Shown: positions 9,979 through 21,116 of the stretch, piece by piece | How positions within the stretch are numbered: position 1 is the first letter of the stretch | Layout: each line of letters begins with the position of its first letter | Assembly (NCBI RefSeq): GCF_001194135.2 | Contig: NC_069007.1 | Coordinates: 21,782,914-21,828,071, forward strand | Source of the DNA: Octopus bimaculoides | Lineage: Eukaryota | DNA length: 45,158 bases | Reading direction: 5' to 3' | Notes under the pieces: generated by a model | Told to the model about the DNA's origin: nothing | What the model saw: only the letters and a program-made list of their open reading frames with translations | The model's database searches: none | Program-made: the position numbers and the translations under genes

Positions 9979-10161
9979 GTTGATGGCAAGGCCTGCCGTT
10001 TTGACTGGCACCAGACTGGCTCCACTGTTACACTGACCATTTATGCCAAGTTAGTTGTACCAAAAGAATCTTATGTTGTGGTCAATCAAGTTACGTGTGA
10101 CATCTACCTCAAGTACGATGCCGGAAAGTTTGCATTTGAGAAGAAGCTAGTCTTGTGTGGT
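9979..10161 (+). CDS. CHORDC1: CHORDC1 coding exon 8 (VDGKACRFDWHQTGSTVTLTIYAKLVVPKESYVVVNQVTCDIYLKYDAGKFAFEKKLVLCG), CS domain
   Basis: ttgtag acceptor, gtaagt donor; 183 nt, phase 0 to 0; CRxDWHQT..V..xIYAK is the CS-domain start of CHORDC1/melusin; no stop is reached, so a further exon is needed. Confidence 0.96.
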
Positions 10162-10260
10162 GTAAGTACACTTTCTCTTTGTTTCTCTTTTGCATGCAGT
10201 TGTTCTATCATTGACCTGTAACAGATAAACTTGCATTGAGATGCTTTTATTTATATATAT

Positions 10261-10961
10261 NNNNNNNNNNNNNNNNNNNNNNNNNNNNNNNNNNNNNNNN
10301 NNNNNNNNNNNNNNNNNNNNNNNNNNNNNNNNNNNNNNNNNNNNNNNNNNNNNNNNNNNNNNNNNNNNNNNNNNNNNNNNNNNNNNNNNNNNNNNNNNNN
10401 NNNNNNNNNNNNNNNNNNNNNNNNNNNNNNNNNNNNNNNNNNNNNNNNNNNNNNNNNNNNNNNNNNNNNNNNNNNNNNNNNNNNNNNNNNNNNNNNNNNN
10501 NNNNNNNNNNNNNNNNNNNNNNNNNNNNNNNNNNNNNNNNNNNNNNNNNNNNNNNNNNNNNNNNNNNNNNNNNNNNNNNNNNNNNNNNNNNNNNNNNNNN
10601 NNNNNNNNNNNNNNNNNNNNNNNNNNNNNNNNNNNNNNNNNNNNNNNNNNNNNNNNNNNNNNNNNNNNNNNNNNNNNNNNNNNNNNNNNNNNNNNNNNNN
10701 NNNNNNNNNNNNNNNNNNNNNNNNNNNNNNNNNNNNNNNNNNNNNNNNNNNNNNNNNNNNNNNNNNNNNNNNNNNNNNNNNNNNNNNNNNNNNNNNNNNN
10801 NNNNNNNNNNNNNNNNNNNNNNNNNNNNNNNNNNNNNNNNNNNNNNNNNNNNNNNNNNNNNNNNNNNNNNNNNNNNNNNNNNNNNNNNNNNNNNNNNNNN
10901 NNNNNNNNNNNNNNNNNNNNNNNNNNNNNNNNNNNNNNNNNNNNNNNNNNNNNNNNNNNNN
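10261..10961. other. Assembly gap probably hiding the last CHORDC1 exon
   Basis: N run; other gaps at 2193-2232, 3295-3845, 4515-4990, 6174-6183, 12056-12740, 26116-26488, 37468-37598, 39900-40018, 41880-42047, 44298-44307. Confidence 0.95.
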
Positions 10962-11010
10962 GATTTCTAACCGAAGAAACAAAGCTCCATCATTTTAATT
11001 TCAGGCAACA

Positions 11011-11016
11011 AATAAA
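11011..11016 (+). terminator. Candidate CHORDC1 polyadenylation signal
   Basis: AATAAA just after the gap expected to hold the last exon, with T/GT-rich sequence downstream (11040-11060). Confidence 0.4.
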
Positions 11017-11585
11017 GTATTTCATGTGAAAAATCTTGCATATTTTTTGCTTTGTGGCTAATAGAATGAATTTACACTGTGCTAGTTAAAGTCAGCTGGT
11101 CTTTTTTGTTTTTGTTGTCATGTCCTGTTACTACTTACATTGCTATCACTGTATCAACCTGACTACTGGATATTGCACACCACTGGTCACAATGCACTTT
11201 GTTGCATTATTGTAGCTTTCGGACAATGCCATTCTACTGGTGAGGCAGGCGAGCCAACATTCGCCGTCAACGAAATGCCAGTCTGTTGCAGAGTTACCCC
11301 TTTTGCAGCTGAGTTAACTGAAGTGATGTGAATTGAAGCATTATGCTTAAGAACACAAGATGTCTCCTGCTCCAATGATTATGTGAAGGTGCATGGCCTA
11401 GCCAACTCAAATTACATTGTGGGCCACTTGTATACTTTATGCACAAATAATCAAGAATTCTTTTATTGTTTTTCATTTGTTTAAAATTATAAAATTGCTT
11501 TATTGCCAATTATAAATTTTAAATTTATTTTGAAACAAATAATTTTATTTTGAAATTAAACACAATACTTACAAGAAAGTATCAA

Positions 11586-11640
11586 GCGAGGCTGCAAGAT
11601 AAACGTCTGCGGCTGTGGGCCAGCCCTGGCCTAGAGCTTA
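11586..11640 (-). mobile_element. Possible hAT/Charlie-type terminus
   Basis: - strand ctctaggc-cagggctggcccacagccgcag resembles hAT-Charlie ends with an nTCTAGan-type target; 16216-16300 (gtctagtg-cagtgattccca) is similar. Confidence 0.35.
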
Positions 11641-11732
11641 GATGTTGCACTCATGATTGAAAGATTGTGGTTTCAATTCCAGGACTGGGCAGTGTGTTGT
11701 ATTCTTGAGCCGAAACACTTCATTTCACATTT
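11636..11732 (+). mobile_element. tRNA-like SINE head fragment
   Basis: B-box-like ggtttcaattcc followed by CORE-like cttgagccgaaacacttcatttcac. Confidence 0.55.
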
Positions 11733-11764
11733 TGTATAGAAAAGGAAGAAATCAAATGACAGGA

Positions 11765-11872
11765 AATACTTCAGTGGAATTTGAACTCAGAACGTAAAGA
11801 CAGACGAAATACCAGGAAGCATTTCGCCCGGCAAGCTAACGATTCTGCCAGCTCGCTACCTTATTAATACTA
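11765..11872 (-). mobile_element. SINE family B head
   Basis: ggaatttgaactcagaacgtaaagacagacgaaatacc...gctaacgattctgccagctcgctacctt; - strand reads A-box TGGCAGAATCG and B-box GAGTTCAAATTCC. Confidence 0.85.
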
Positions 11873-13939
11873 ATAATAATACTAATAATATTAATAATAA
11901 TTGCAATGATAAAAACCAACAGCAAATCAAATCTGATACGTTTATTTCTTTAAAAAATGTTATAAAAGGGTTGTTGTTTTTGCAACATTATATGAAGACA
12001 ATGCCACCCCACCTGTGGACGAAATACCCTTAACAAAACGGAGCGAGAAAAAAAANNNNNNNNNNNNNNNNNNNNNNNNNNNNNNNNNNNNNNNNNNNNN
12101 NNNNNNNNNNNNNNNNNNNNNNNNNNNNNNNNNNNNNNNNNNNNNNNNNNNNNNNNNNNNNNNNNNNNNNNNNNNNNNNNNNNNNNNNNNNNNNNNNNNN
12201 NNNNNNNNNNNNNNNNNNNNNNNNNNNNNNNNNNNNNNNNNNNNNNNNNNNNNNNNNNNNNNNNNNNNNNNNNNNNNNNNNNNNNNNNNNNNNNNNNNNN
12301 NNNNNNNNNNNNNNNNNNNNNNNNNNNNNNNNNNNNNNNNNNNNNNNNNNNNNNNNNNNNNNNNNNNNNNNNNNNNNNNNNNNNNNNNNNNNNNNNNNNN
12401 NNNNNNNNNNNNNNNNNNNNNNNNNNNNNNNNNNNNNNNNNNNNNNNNNNNNNNNNNNNNNNNNNNNNNNNNNNNNNNNNNNNNNNNNNNNNNNNNNNNN
12501 NNNNNNNNNNNNNNNNNNNNNNNNNNNNNNNNNNNNNNNNNNNNNNNNNNNNNNNNNNNNNNNNNNNNNNNNNNNNNNNNNNNNNNNNNNNNNNNNNNNN
12601 NNNNNNNNNNNNNNNNNNNNNNNNNNNNNNNNNNNNNNNNNNNNNNNNNNNNNNNNNNNNNNNNNNNNNNNNNNNNNNNNNNNNNNNNNNNNNNNNNNNN
12701 NNNNNNNNNNNNNNNNNNNNNNNNNNNNNNNNNNNNNNNNCCCATCAATAACAATATTTACATGGCACTGTGTGCTCTGTGACACTCATGGCACACTCTG
12801 GGTTTCCTTTCCTGCTCTTCTCAAACTGCGAAGATCTCAAAACAGCCAAATCAACAAACTTTCAGTGCATTCTTACTCTTTCAATGAATGACAGCCACAT
12901 CTTCCTTTAAGGATTGTGCTGTCTGTCCCACAGCAGAGAGAAGGGAATGGAATTGAATTTACACATCTTCCTCAAACACACAAGCTACACTGAGTGTCAC
13001 CACATACACACACTCACACATTTCAGCAGATTTTTTTTGTTTATTTTTTTTTTTTTTAATATTTTTTTTTCTTTTCTTTTCTTTTCTTTATAATGGAAAA
13101 ATGAAATGACTCCCTGAAGTTATTTACAGCCTAAAGGTAACAATCTGGACCTGATCTTTTAGGTGCAGTAACAAATTGTGCTCCATAGAGAAGAACTGAT
13201 ATTCTTTAACCGATCAGGGATTAAAAGGAGAAGACATCATCGATACATTGATACCTTGCAGTAAGAGCTTAATTCATTCCATGACCAAGCTTATCTTCCT
13301 AATCAAATTTCTCCATTGAAATTAATTAAAATTAATCTGTTCCAGTCCCCCAAAAAACACTCAAAAACAATTTTTAATTGGTTTTAAAACAGAAAAGGTG
13401 TTGTTACAAGTAAAATGACAATTATGAAAAAAAGAGAATGCAAAAGAAATATGTAAACTGTTTTTTTTTTAACTGAATTACCTTAAAGATGGGACAATTA
13501 GTGTGCTCGTGCTGCAGATTTCTGCTTGTACTTCCAGAATAAAATTTCCCAGGAGTCTCGGCTCGTACAGCAAGGTTCTACTGTACTTCTATTTTGCTAA
13601 TCTTGTGCAGGAACAAAGTTCCACAGGGCTTAGCACTCAAGAACATTTACTGAATAATTTATATCTCCCTATCTAAAGTGAGGCAAATGAGAGAGATACA
13701 CCTCCTGGATAGCAATGCTGGCCCATTGTAGGTGGTTTTACTTGCAAGAGAACTAGCTGTGATGAGATAGATTCAAATATCTCTTAATTTACTACATTAA
13801 TGTTGGGTGTCTTGGTGGTCTCGTGGGTAGCGACATAATTAGACAGCCACATTGAACATCCTACCCAGGGCCTGCATTAAGGGATCTTATTAAAATTTTT
13901 CAATTTTTTTTTTTTATCTCTAGAGATAAAAAATGAAAA

Positions 13940-14690
13940 TGTTTAATAAGACCCCCAGTAATTCCTGGCAGAGATTAGAAACCTCTGTCTGTGTCTTGTT
14001 ACTGCTTTTAAACACCCTTACCTACTGGGCCACCAAAGCAGCAACAATTTTTATGAGAAAATTAAGATACTTAAATTTACTTCAAATATTGTATTTACTA
14101 TAACTATATGAGGGAGATCTGGTTACCATGTGAAGGCTGCCTTGTGGTCCCTTCTTTGCACACACCTACACACACACAATATTTTTGGTGAGTGAAATTT
14201 GGTTGCTTAAATAAAAGTATTTAATAATGTCTTTTGTAATTTCTGGCAGAGATTTGAAACCTCCACTTCTAAACATCCTGACCTGTTAGGCCACCAAAGC
14301 AACAACAATTTTACTGTGAAAAATGAAGATATTTAAATTTATTTCAATCATTGGGCTTACTACAAAGAGTTGAATGAGATTTGGTTACTATGTCAAGGCT
14401 GTTTTATGACTCCCTTCTTCACACACAATCTTTTTGTTGATGAAAATTTGGTTGCTTAGATAAAAATATTTAATAAGACATCTTGTAATTTCTGGCAGAG
14501 ATTTGAAACCTCCACTAGAGTATTTTGTTGTTATTTCTAAACACCCTTGCCTGTTGGGCCATCAAAGCAATAACAATTTTTATAAGAAAATTAAGATATT
14601 TAAATTTATTTCAATTATTGGGTTTACTATAAAGATTTGGAGGAGATTTGGTTACTATGTCAAAGCTGCTTTGTGGCCCCTTCTTCACAC
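13940..14690. repeat. Tandem triplication of a ~250-280 bp unit
   Basis: ttaataa...gtaatt(t/c)ctggcagagatt(a/t)gaaacctc recurs at about 13943, 14221, 14470; also ggccaccaaagca, ggttactatgtcaa, cccttctt. Confidence 0.9.
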
Positions 14691-14726
14691 AGAGAATCTG
14701 CCAGCTCGTCACCTTAATAATAATAA

Positions 14727-14941
14727 TCTTTTCTGCTAAAGGCACGAGGCCTAAAATTTTGGGGGAGGGGACTAGTTGATTAAATCAGCCCCAGTACACT
14801 ACTGCTACTTAATTTATTGACCCCAAAAGGATGAAAGGTAAAGTTGACCTCAGAAGAATTTGAACTCAGGATGTGAAGACAGATGAAATGCTACAAAGCA
14901 TCTTGCCTGGCGTGCTAACAATTCTGCCGGCTTGATGCCTT
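14727..14941 (-). mobile_element. SINE family B full length (B1 tail)
   Basis: complete consensus flanked by (AAT)n on both sides. Confidence 0.88.
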
Positions 14942-16454
14942 AGTAATAATAATAATAATAATAATTTCACTTACTGTAGCACCTTGTCACTGGTGGAGAA
15001 TCATGTATCCCTTTGATATTACAAACCCTTAGTTTTTCTAAGACTTCAGTTCCATGTGGTGGAGTCACAGTCTCACCATAACTTAGGGAGCACTTCGTTA
15101 GCTTGCATCATTAGCAACTGACCACAGCTTTATTTAACTGTAATTAGCTGGAATGAACTAAATTGTTTTTTTTTTTTTCCCCTTGAATCTGTTTTAAATA
15201 ACTTCAGAGGAAAGAATTAAAAAAAAAAAAATTACAAAAGCATTCTTTTTTTTGTTTGTTTTTTCAAAATATTTCAGGAAGAAAATAATAAACCCAGGTT
15301 TCAAATTACCCCATCAACAAATAAGTCCAGGGGCCAGGGTTTCAAATCAATCCAACAACAATAAAACATACAGATGCCATGTTTTTTTTTTTTAATATTT
15401 TTCTTCCTTTTTTTTTGTTTTTCCTCACCCCTCTTCTTTTTCGTATGTTTAGAAATTGTCCCTTGTCCAAAAATGCAGGGGGTTTTGTGTATTTTACAAA
15501 CTTTGTACAGTATTTAATCATTTAAAACAATTAAAAAAAAAAAGAAAATTAGAGAAGAAACAGCCGATGCCTTCAGTTCTGCTCCAATAAACATCGAATG
15601 TAATGTCACCCTCCACTCACACAGACCTTGAGGGGCACCACTAATAAAAAAAAAACAAATAACAAATTATATATCTTGAGATGGGACAAGTTGAAGGGGT
15701 TATTACCCCAACAATAGGGTTCACATCGAAAAGATTTTTAAAAAAACAAGCGAAAATGGAAAACAATTTTCTTTCTGTTTCATTCGGTCAGGATTGCGCC
15801 TTTGTTTGTCATTAAGTAAAAAATTTTGTTTTAATATAAAATCCTCAATTTAAAGTCAATCCCTTTTCATAGGCACCATAATGACCCCATCCCAATCATT
15901 TTTCTAGGCAAGGAAGGGGACAGAGGGTGGTGGTGGCATAATCGGAACTTACAAGTATTGATGCCTTTCCTAAAAGAATTAGCACCAAATTGGTAATAAG
16001 GAATCGGAACTGAATCCTGGTCTTGCAGGTTGGCTCTGAGCTAGACACACTGCCAGGCACATACATACCATCAGAACTTCTTCTTACAAAGAGCAGAACT
16101 TAACTCCATACACAAAACAGAACTTACCAAATTCACAAGATTTGAAAAAAAAGAAAAGAAAAGAAAAGAAAAACAATAGTATAATAGAAAAAAAAAAACT
16201 TGGATTAAGCCTGGATGTCTAGTGCAGTGATTCCCAGCACGGGGCAAATGCCTCACGGGTGGAGCCAGGGAAAATTGTGGTAGGGCATGGTGCCAGAGTC
16301 TCCTGGCTTAAGGTTCTCGTTAAAGTGATTTCCGTTTTACTTTCTTACTCAATAATGTACTCAATACTTAAGAGTGTGTGTGTGTGTGTGTATTTGATGA
16401 ACTTCCAGATATTGTCATCTACTGAATCTCATTAACTGAGGTTATTTAGAGAAC

Positions 16455-16537
16455 GTACCTGCCCAAGGTGCCACACAGGAGGATCAAACCCGGAAACAAG
16501 TGGTTGCGAAGCCAACTTCTTAACTACACAGCCATTC
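16455..16537 (-). mobile_element. SINE family A head fragment
   Basis: ctgcccaaggtgcca...caaacccggaaac...ctacacagccatt is the reverse complement of the family A head. Confidence 0.7.
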
Positions 16538-16609
16538 TAGCAGTCAATGAATTAAATTAAACTGTTTAAAAATGAGAAAATAAACAATGAGGCCTCTCAA
16601 GACAGCCAA

Positions 16610-16610
<1 letters not shown>

Positions 16611-16663
<53 letters not shown>
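16611..16663. repeat. (AAT)n microsatellite (SINE B tail/target)
   Basis: direct inspection; similar tracts at 21076-21116, 26945-26965, 37337-37373, 44635-44672. Confidence 0.95.
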
Positions 16664-16866
16664 CCTTTCTACTATAGGCACAAGGCCTGAAATTTTGGAG
16701 GGGGGGACCAGTCGGTTATATAGAACCAGTGTTTAACTGGTACTTAGTTTATCGACCCCTGAAAGGATGAAAGGCAAAGTCAACCCCAATGGCATTTGAA
16801 CTCAGAACATGAAGACAGCTAAGCATTTCGCATGGTGTGCTAATGATTCTGCCAGCTCACCACCTT
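16664..16866 (-). mobile_element. SINE family B full length (B1 tail)
   Basis: cctttctactataggcacaaggcctgaaattttgg...gattctgccagctcaccacctt between (AAT)n tracts. Confidence 0.88.
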
Positions 16867-17113
16867 AATAATAATAATAATAATAAAGAAACATCTAAAA
16901 AATAAAATAAAATAAAAACTAAATATACAAGAACAAAAATAGCCCAGCAAGACAATCCCAAGGATTCACACACACAGAAGGGGAGGGAAAAAATGGTGTC
17001 TTTAAAGGCAAGACAAATTTCTGAGCTGACCACCTCAACAAACAACTGGCAATACAGAGTGTTTTGAAAGAATTCAAACTATCTACTTACATATTTGAAA
17101 ATTAGGTGCTTAC

Positions 17114-17283
17114 ATACAGAGTGTGGTTGGTGCAGTGTGCTGTGGAGAGGTGGCATTGGTGAGTGTGGGATAGTATTTGGATAAATGGTGCAGATAGATG
17201 GTGGATGTGACAGTTTTGTGAAGGTTGAGTCAGAAGTGGTGCTGATGGCATTGGTGGTTGTGGTGGCAATCTGGGTAGTGTTG
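17114..17283 (-). other. Candidate exon of an unidentified minus-strand gene
   Basis: (TC)n polypyrimidine tract plus ttttaaccag acceptor, gtaagc donor; 170 nt; two stop-free frames; no recognisable domain. Confidence 0.35.
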
Positions 17284-18499
17284 CTGGTTAAAATCAAAGA
17301 GAGAGAGAGAGAGAGAGAGAGAGAAGTAAGATGAACCGAGAGAGATTAACTAAAGGCCACAACAGAAGGGTAGACATACAGGGCAAACAGGCTAGTTATG
17401 GTCGGATAATAGAGAAATGCTTCTCATGTCGTCTCTCTAATACTTTTACAACTACAGGACTGGTAGGCAGTGATGGCCAGTTGACCTGGTTGAAACCACT
17501 TTACATGTGTTACTGAATGAATAATTTTGGGAAAGGCACAAATATCACAACTTCCCATTTCCTCGTCTCTCAAAAGAAAAAAAAAAAATGCCATCTTCAT
17601 GCCTTTAAAATTTCTCTTGGAGAGAAACTGGCTGATTTTTAGCATTCAACACAACACAAAACATACAGAATGACACAGAACAGGTCAGTGCAGAAAATAG
17701 GACGTTAGCACACAGGGTTATTAAAGGATTGTTCAGATATCTGTGGTGGAGAGTGACAAAAATCAGAATGGTGTTTGTTAACAATCATGATTTTATAGAT
17801 TTCTTAAAAAAAAAAAAAAAACCCCAGTAGAGTGACATTATAAGAATTTCTAAAATTGGCACATAGCCACAAATGTTTTTGGAAAAGGGTATATGTGTTT
17901 AGCCATCAGGAAAATGATGGGTGCTTATTTTAAGTAACCTCCCACAGAAGTTTAAAAGTCAAAAAATCAGTCTGGGTCGGATTTAAACTCTGAATATGCA
18001 ACCAACAGTCCCTCTCCATGTCGCAATTGCAAAAGTACTGCAATGGCACTATGCACATCAAAATGTTGTCGCAATCGTTTTAGTTTACAAAATACAATAG
18101 TAGTTTTTTGGGGCATTGCACACAATTCTGCCACTACTTCCAAAAACTGAAGACAGGGTTCGCTCTCACCTCCGCAGCACCAAAATAAATGGTGCCACAC
18201 ACACATGCACACACAAATTTCTGCTTTATTTCGGCAGCTATGAAAATGTAAATGTCAACATAGGACAATGATGAGAATCTATTTAAGACAGGTGTGTTTT
18301 CATAACGAGCCTCAGGTAAGAAAAAAAAAACAGTTTCAGATACAAAATGTGTCACAGTCTCAAAATACCTTTTGCTAAAAGCATAAAAGATTTCCACTCA
18401 GTGGTTAGGGAAAGAATTAGACGGGATGCTGGATGGAACCTAAACACCACAAGGTATTTAGTTCACCAGTCTACTATTTCTGCTACAACGACAACAACA

Positions 18500-19880
18500 A
18501 TGGTTTTTAAAGGTCAATGCTGGCACAGGAAGAGGAGTGGAAGGATAAAAACTCTCCCCCCATTCCCCTTTGTGGAATTTGAACCCAGACCAGACAAAGA
18601 CAAATCTAAATACTGTAAGGCATTTAGTACAATGGTCCACCACTGCCACCACTACCATGTTTATGGCAGCTCATTGCTTTTATTATTGACATAAAGATAA
18701 TAATAATAATAATAATATGCTTTCTTAGGCACAAGGGGAGGGGGATTTGATTGATTGGACCCCAGTGTTTCACTGGTATTTTATTCACCTTAGGGGAAAA
18801 AGAAAAAGAAATTGAAGGCAAAGTCAATAATGAAAGTGAATTTGGAACCATGAGACAAAAATCTTGAAAATTACTTCATTCTTGTCTTTAGTCATCATCT
18901 ATCCTGCCTTAACGATGACAATTAATCAGAGTTAATGATTGCTAGGAGAGGCAGCAGTTGAAGACACCAATAGTGTATTGGTACTTTTATTTCATGAAGC
19001 CACTAAAATATGAAAGGTGAAGTCAACCTTGCTTCTAAAAGAGGACAGAAGGTCACGTTCTGATGAGAGAGAAAACGGTCAAATATGTGGAAGAACCCCT
19101 GTGTTTTATTCTATCGAGCCCCTCAAGGATGGAAGCCAAAGTCGACCTCTGTGGGGTTAAAATATGACAGTAATATAATGATAATAATCTTTTTTTAAAT
19201 GGGCTCAAGGTGAGAAATTTGGGGAGTAGTGTTGAGCTGGTCACATCAACTGAATATTTCATTGGTTTATCCATCTTCGTTTATCACTGATCTGGTCTAA
19301 CATGGTTCATCTATTGTGAACCATGTTATGTTTATCATAGATTGATCTGTGATGACACAGGTAAGCAATCAATTAAAGATTCTGCTTGAACTGCAAAATC
19401 ATGACCCAATGACCATCCACAATGCTCAGGATAACTTGGTGGTGGTGGGGGGTCCCCAGAACAAAACCTATTTTAATCATATATCCTCCTATCATTCATC
19501 CAACACTGTTGTTTCAGAACCAGACATCTGCGATAAATGAAGAGAGATGTGCTTTATTATATCGGCCCAGGAGAGACAAAAGGTAAAGTTTACGTAAGCA
19601 GGATTTGAACTCAGAACTTGAAGAACTGGAAGAAATGCTGCTCTGCATTTGGTCTAATGCCCTAATTGATGGATCTGTCAATCCCTGTAACAACTTTTTC
19701 TATCAACTCCTGCACACAGATTTTTAGGAGAGGGGGAAACAAATCGAATGACCGCCCCCAGGAATTATCAAACCACTGAAGGATGAAAGGCAATGACAAA
19801 CTCTGTAGGGATTTAACTTAGAATAAAACACCACAAGGCATTTAATTTAGCCCAGTACTCTTGGTTTCAGCCATTTGTCC
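18500..19880 (-). mobile_element. Cluster of about 6-7 degenerate family B fragments
   Basis: repeated gaaaggcaaagtc / gatttgaact / ggcacaagg motifs at about 18570, 18725, 18960, 19130, 19200, 19570, 19780. Confidence 0.6.
19272..19548. repeat. Dispersed ~270 bp repeat (family F), copy 1
   Basis: ttgatctgtgatgacacaggt...aaagattctgcttgaactgcaaaa...gataaatgaagagaga aligns with 27995-28250. Confidence 0.75.
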
Positions 19881-20271
19881 TGCCTTGATGATGATGATGA
19901 TGATGATGATAGTCAACACGAGCGGTGGTGGTGGTGGTGGTGGTACCTCTAGTAGGAGTAATCATTACAAAAAAACAAACAGACTTTGATGCTCTGAAGC
20001 ACTTTGGAGATGATTTTGTAAATGATGGGGGAAAAGGAAGACAGAGAGGCAGAGGGAGAGACAGTCGGTCAATTGTAAGATGGACAAAGGTCAGAGGACA
20101 GGCAACGGAGGCTGACTATCAAACATAGAGGTAACACAGAACACATTACTGCATTACCTACCTTATACTGCATCAGTCTATGAAAAACTGATGATGATGA
20201 TGATGATGACTTAACACAGATACACACAAAATCTATTTTACAGAATCTAAGTTTGAGAAATGGAGGCAAGA

Positions 20272-20388
20272 TTAGCCTGTTAGCCTTTAAAATGAGCCAG
20301 ATCTGGCCTCTCACACTTATCCTACCACGTCATTCTAAAAATAGACAATCACATCGTTGAGAGAGTAACCTGGATTCTAAGGGGTTTG
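20272..20388. mobile_element. Family D MITE, internally deleted
   Basis: gccagatctggcctctcacac...cattctaaaaatagacaatcacatc...gagtaacctggattctaaggggtt. Confidence 0.65.
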
Positions 20389-20559
20389 AGTAGGGGACAT
20401 GTCAGGAATTGGAGAGAGAGAGAATAGAAAAGAGAGAAGTCACAAGGGTGAAAGAAAAAGGACGAATGAAATCTAGTTTGCTAAACGAATCTCTCTCAGC
20501 CTTCTTTCTATTTATCCCTGACTGTAATATGGAAGATGAACCAACAACAAACGTAGTAT

Positions 20560-20746
20560 CCCAGCATGGCCATAAGTTAAAACTGACCAGATCTAGCCTC
20601 TCACACCTACCCTACAATGTCATTCTAAAAGTAAACAATCACATCATTGAAATCTCAAAGCTATGAGACAATGTTTGATTAATTCAAGACAGTGTGAATA
20701 AATAAACATTACTTTTGACAGAGTAACCTGAATGCTGAAGGGTTAA
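20560..20746. mobile_element. Family D MITE (left end degenerate)
   Basis: ends gacagagtaacctgaatgctgaaggg-TTAA. Confidence 0.75.
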
Positions 20747-20879
20747 ACAGTCCCTAGACAAAAGGGAGAAATTAACACTCTAGCAGGGATTGAATTCAAC
20801 TTACCGAAGGGGACAAGTACTTTTTACCTGTTTACTTAGCCATGCCCATCTCTGCCAATTTAGCAGTAACAATGCACAC

Positions 20880-21074
20880 ATTCGGTGTGGTGGGGAGGGA
20901 AGAAGAGAACAGGTGGTTAAATTGGATGTTACTCTCTTTGATCACCCTCCCCCAGAAGGAGGAAAGGCAAATTTGCCCTTGGCTTGGTTTGAACTCAAAA
21001 CCTTAAAAAAAGCTGTCACAAAATATTGCAAGACATTTCATTTTCATCTTCTGATTTTATCATTCTGTTGCCCC

Positions 21075-21116
<42 letters not shown>

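Noticed and set aside
5665-10161. Alternative identity as melusin (ITGB1BP2) or plant-type RAR1
   Set aside because: RAR1 lacks a CS domain and melusin is the vertebrate paralogue, so CHORDC1/CHP-1 is the parsimonious call for an invertebrate CHORD-CHORD-CS gene.
11140-11340. Possible last CHORDC1 exon after the ttattgtag acceptor
   Set aside because: The phase-0 translation (LSDNAILLVRQASQ...) has no resemblance to the CS-domain C-terminal strands.
3114-12785. Long ORFs of 200-340 aa in the ORF track (for example 3114-3935, 4273-5301, 10241-11029, 12015-12782); likewise 26085-26801
   Set aside because: They are runs of N translated as X, with no coding evidence.
18230-18320. Plus-strand acceptor/donor pair (ttcggcag ... 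ctcag|gtaag)
   Set aside because: All three frames contain stops, and there is no other sign of a + strand gene here.
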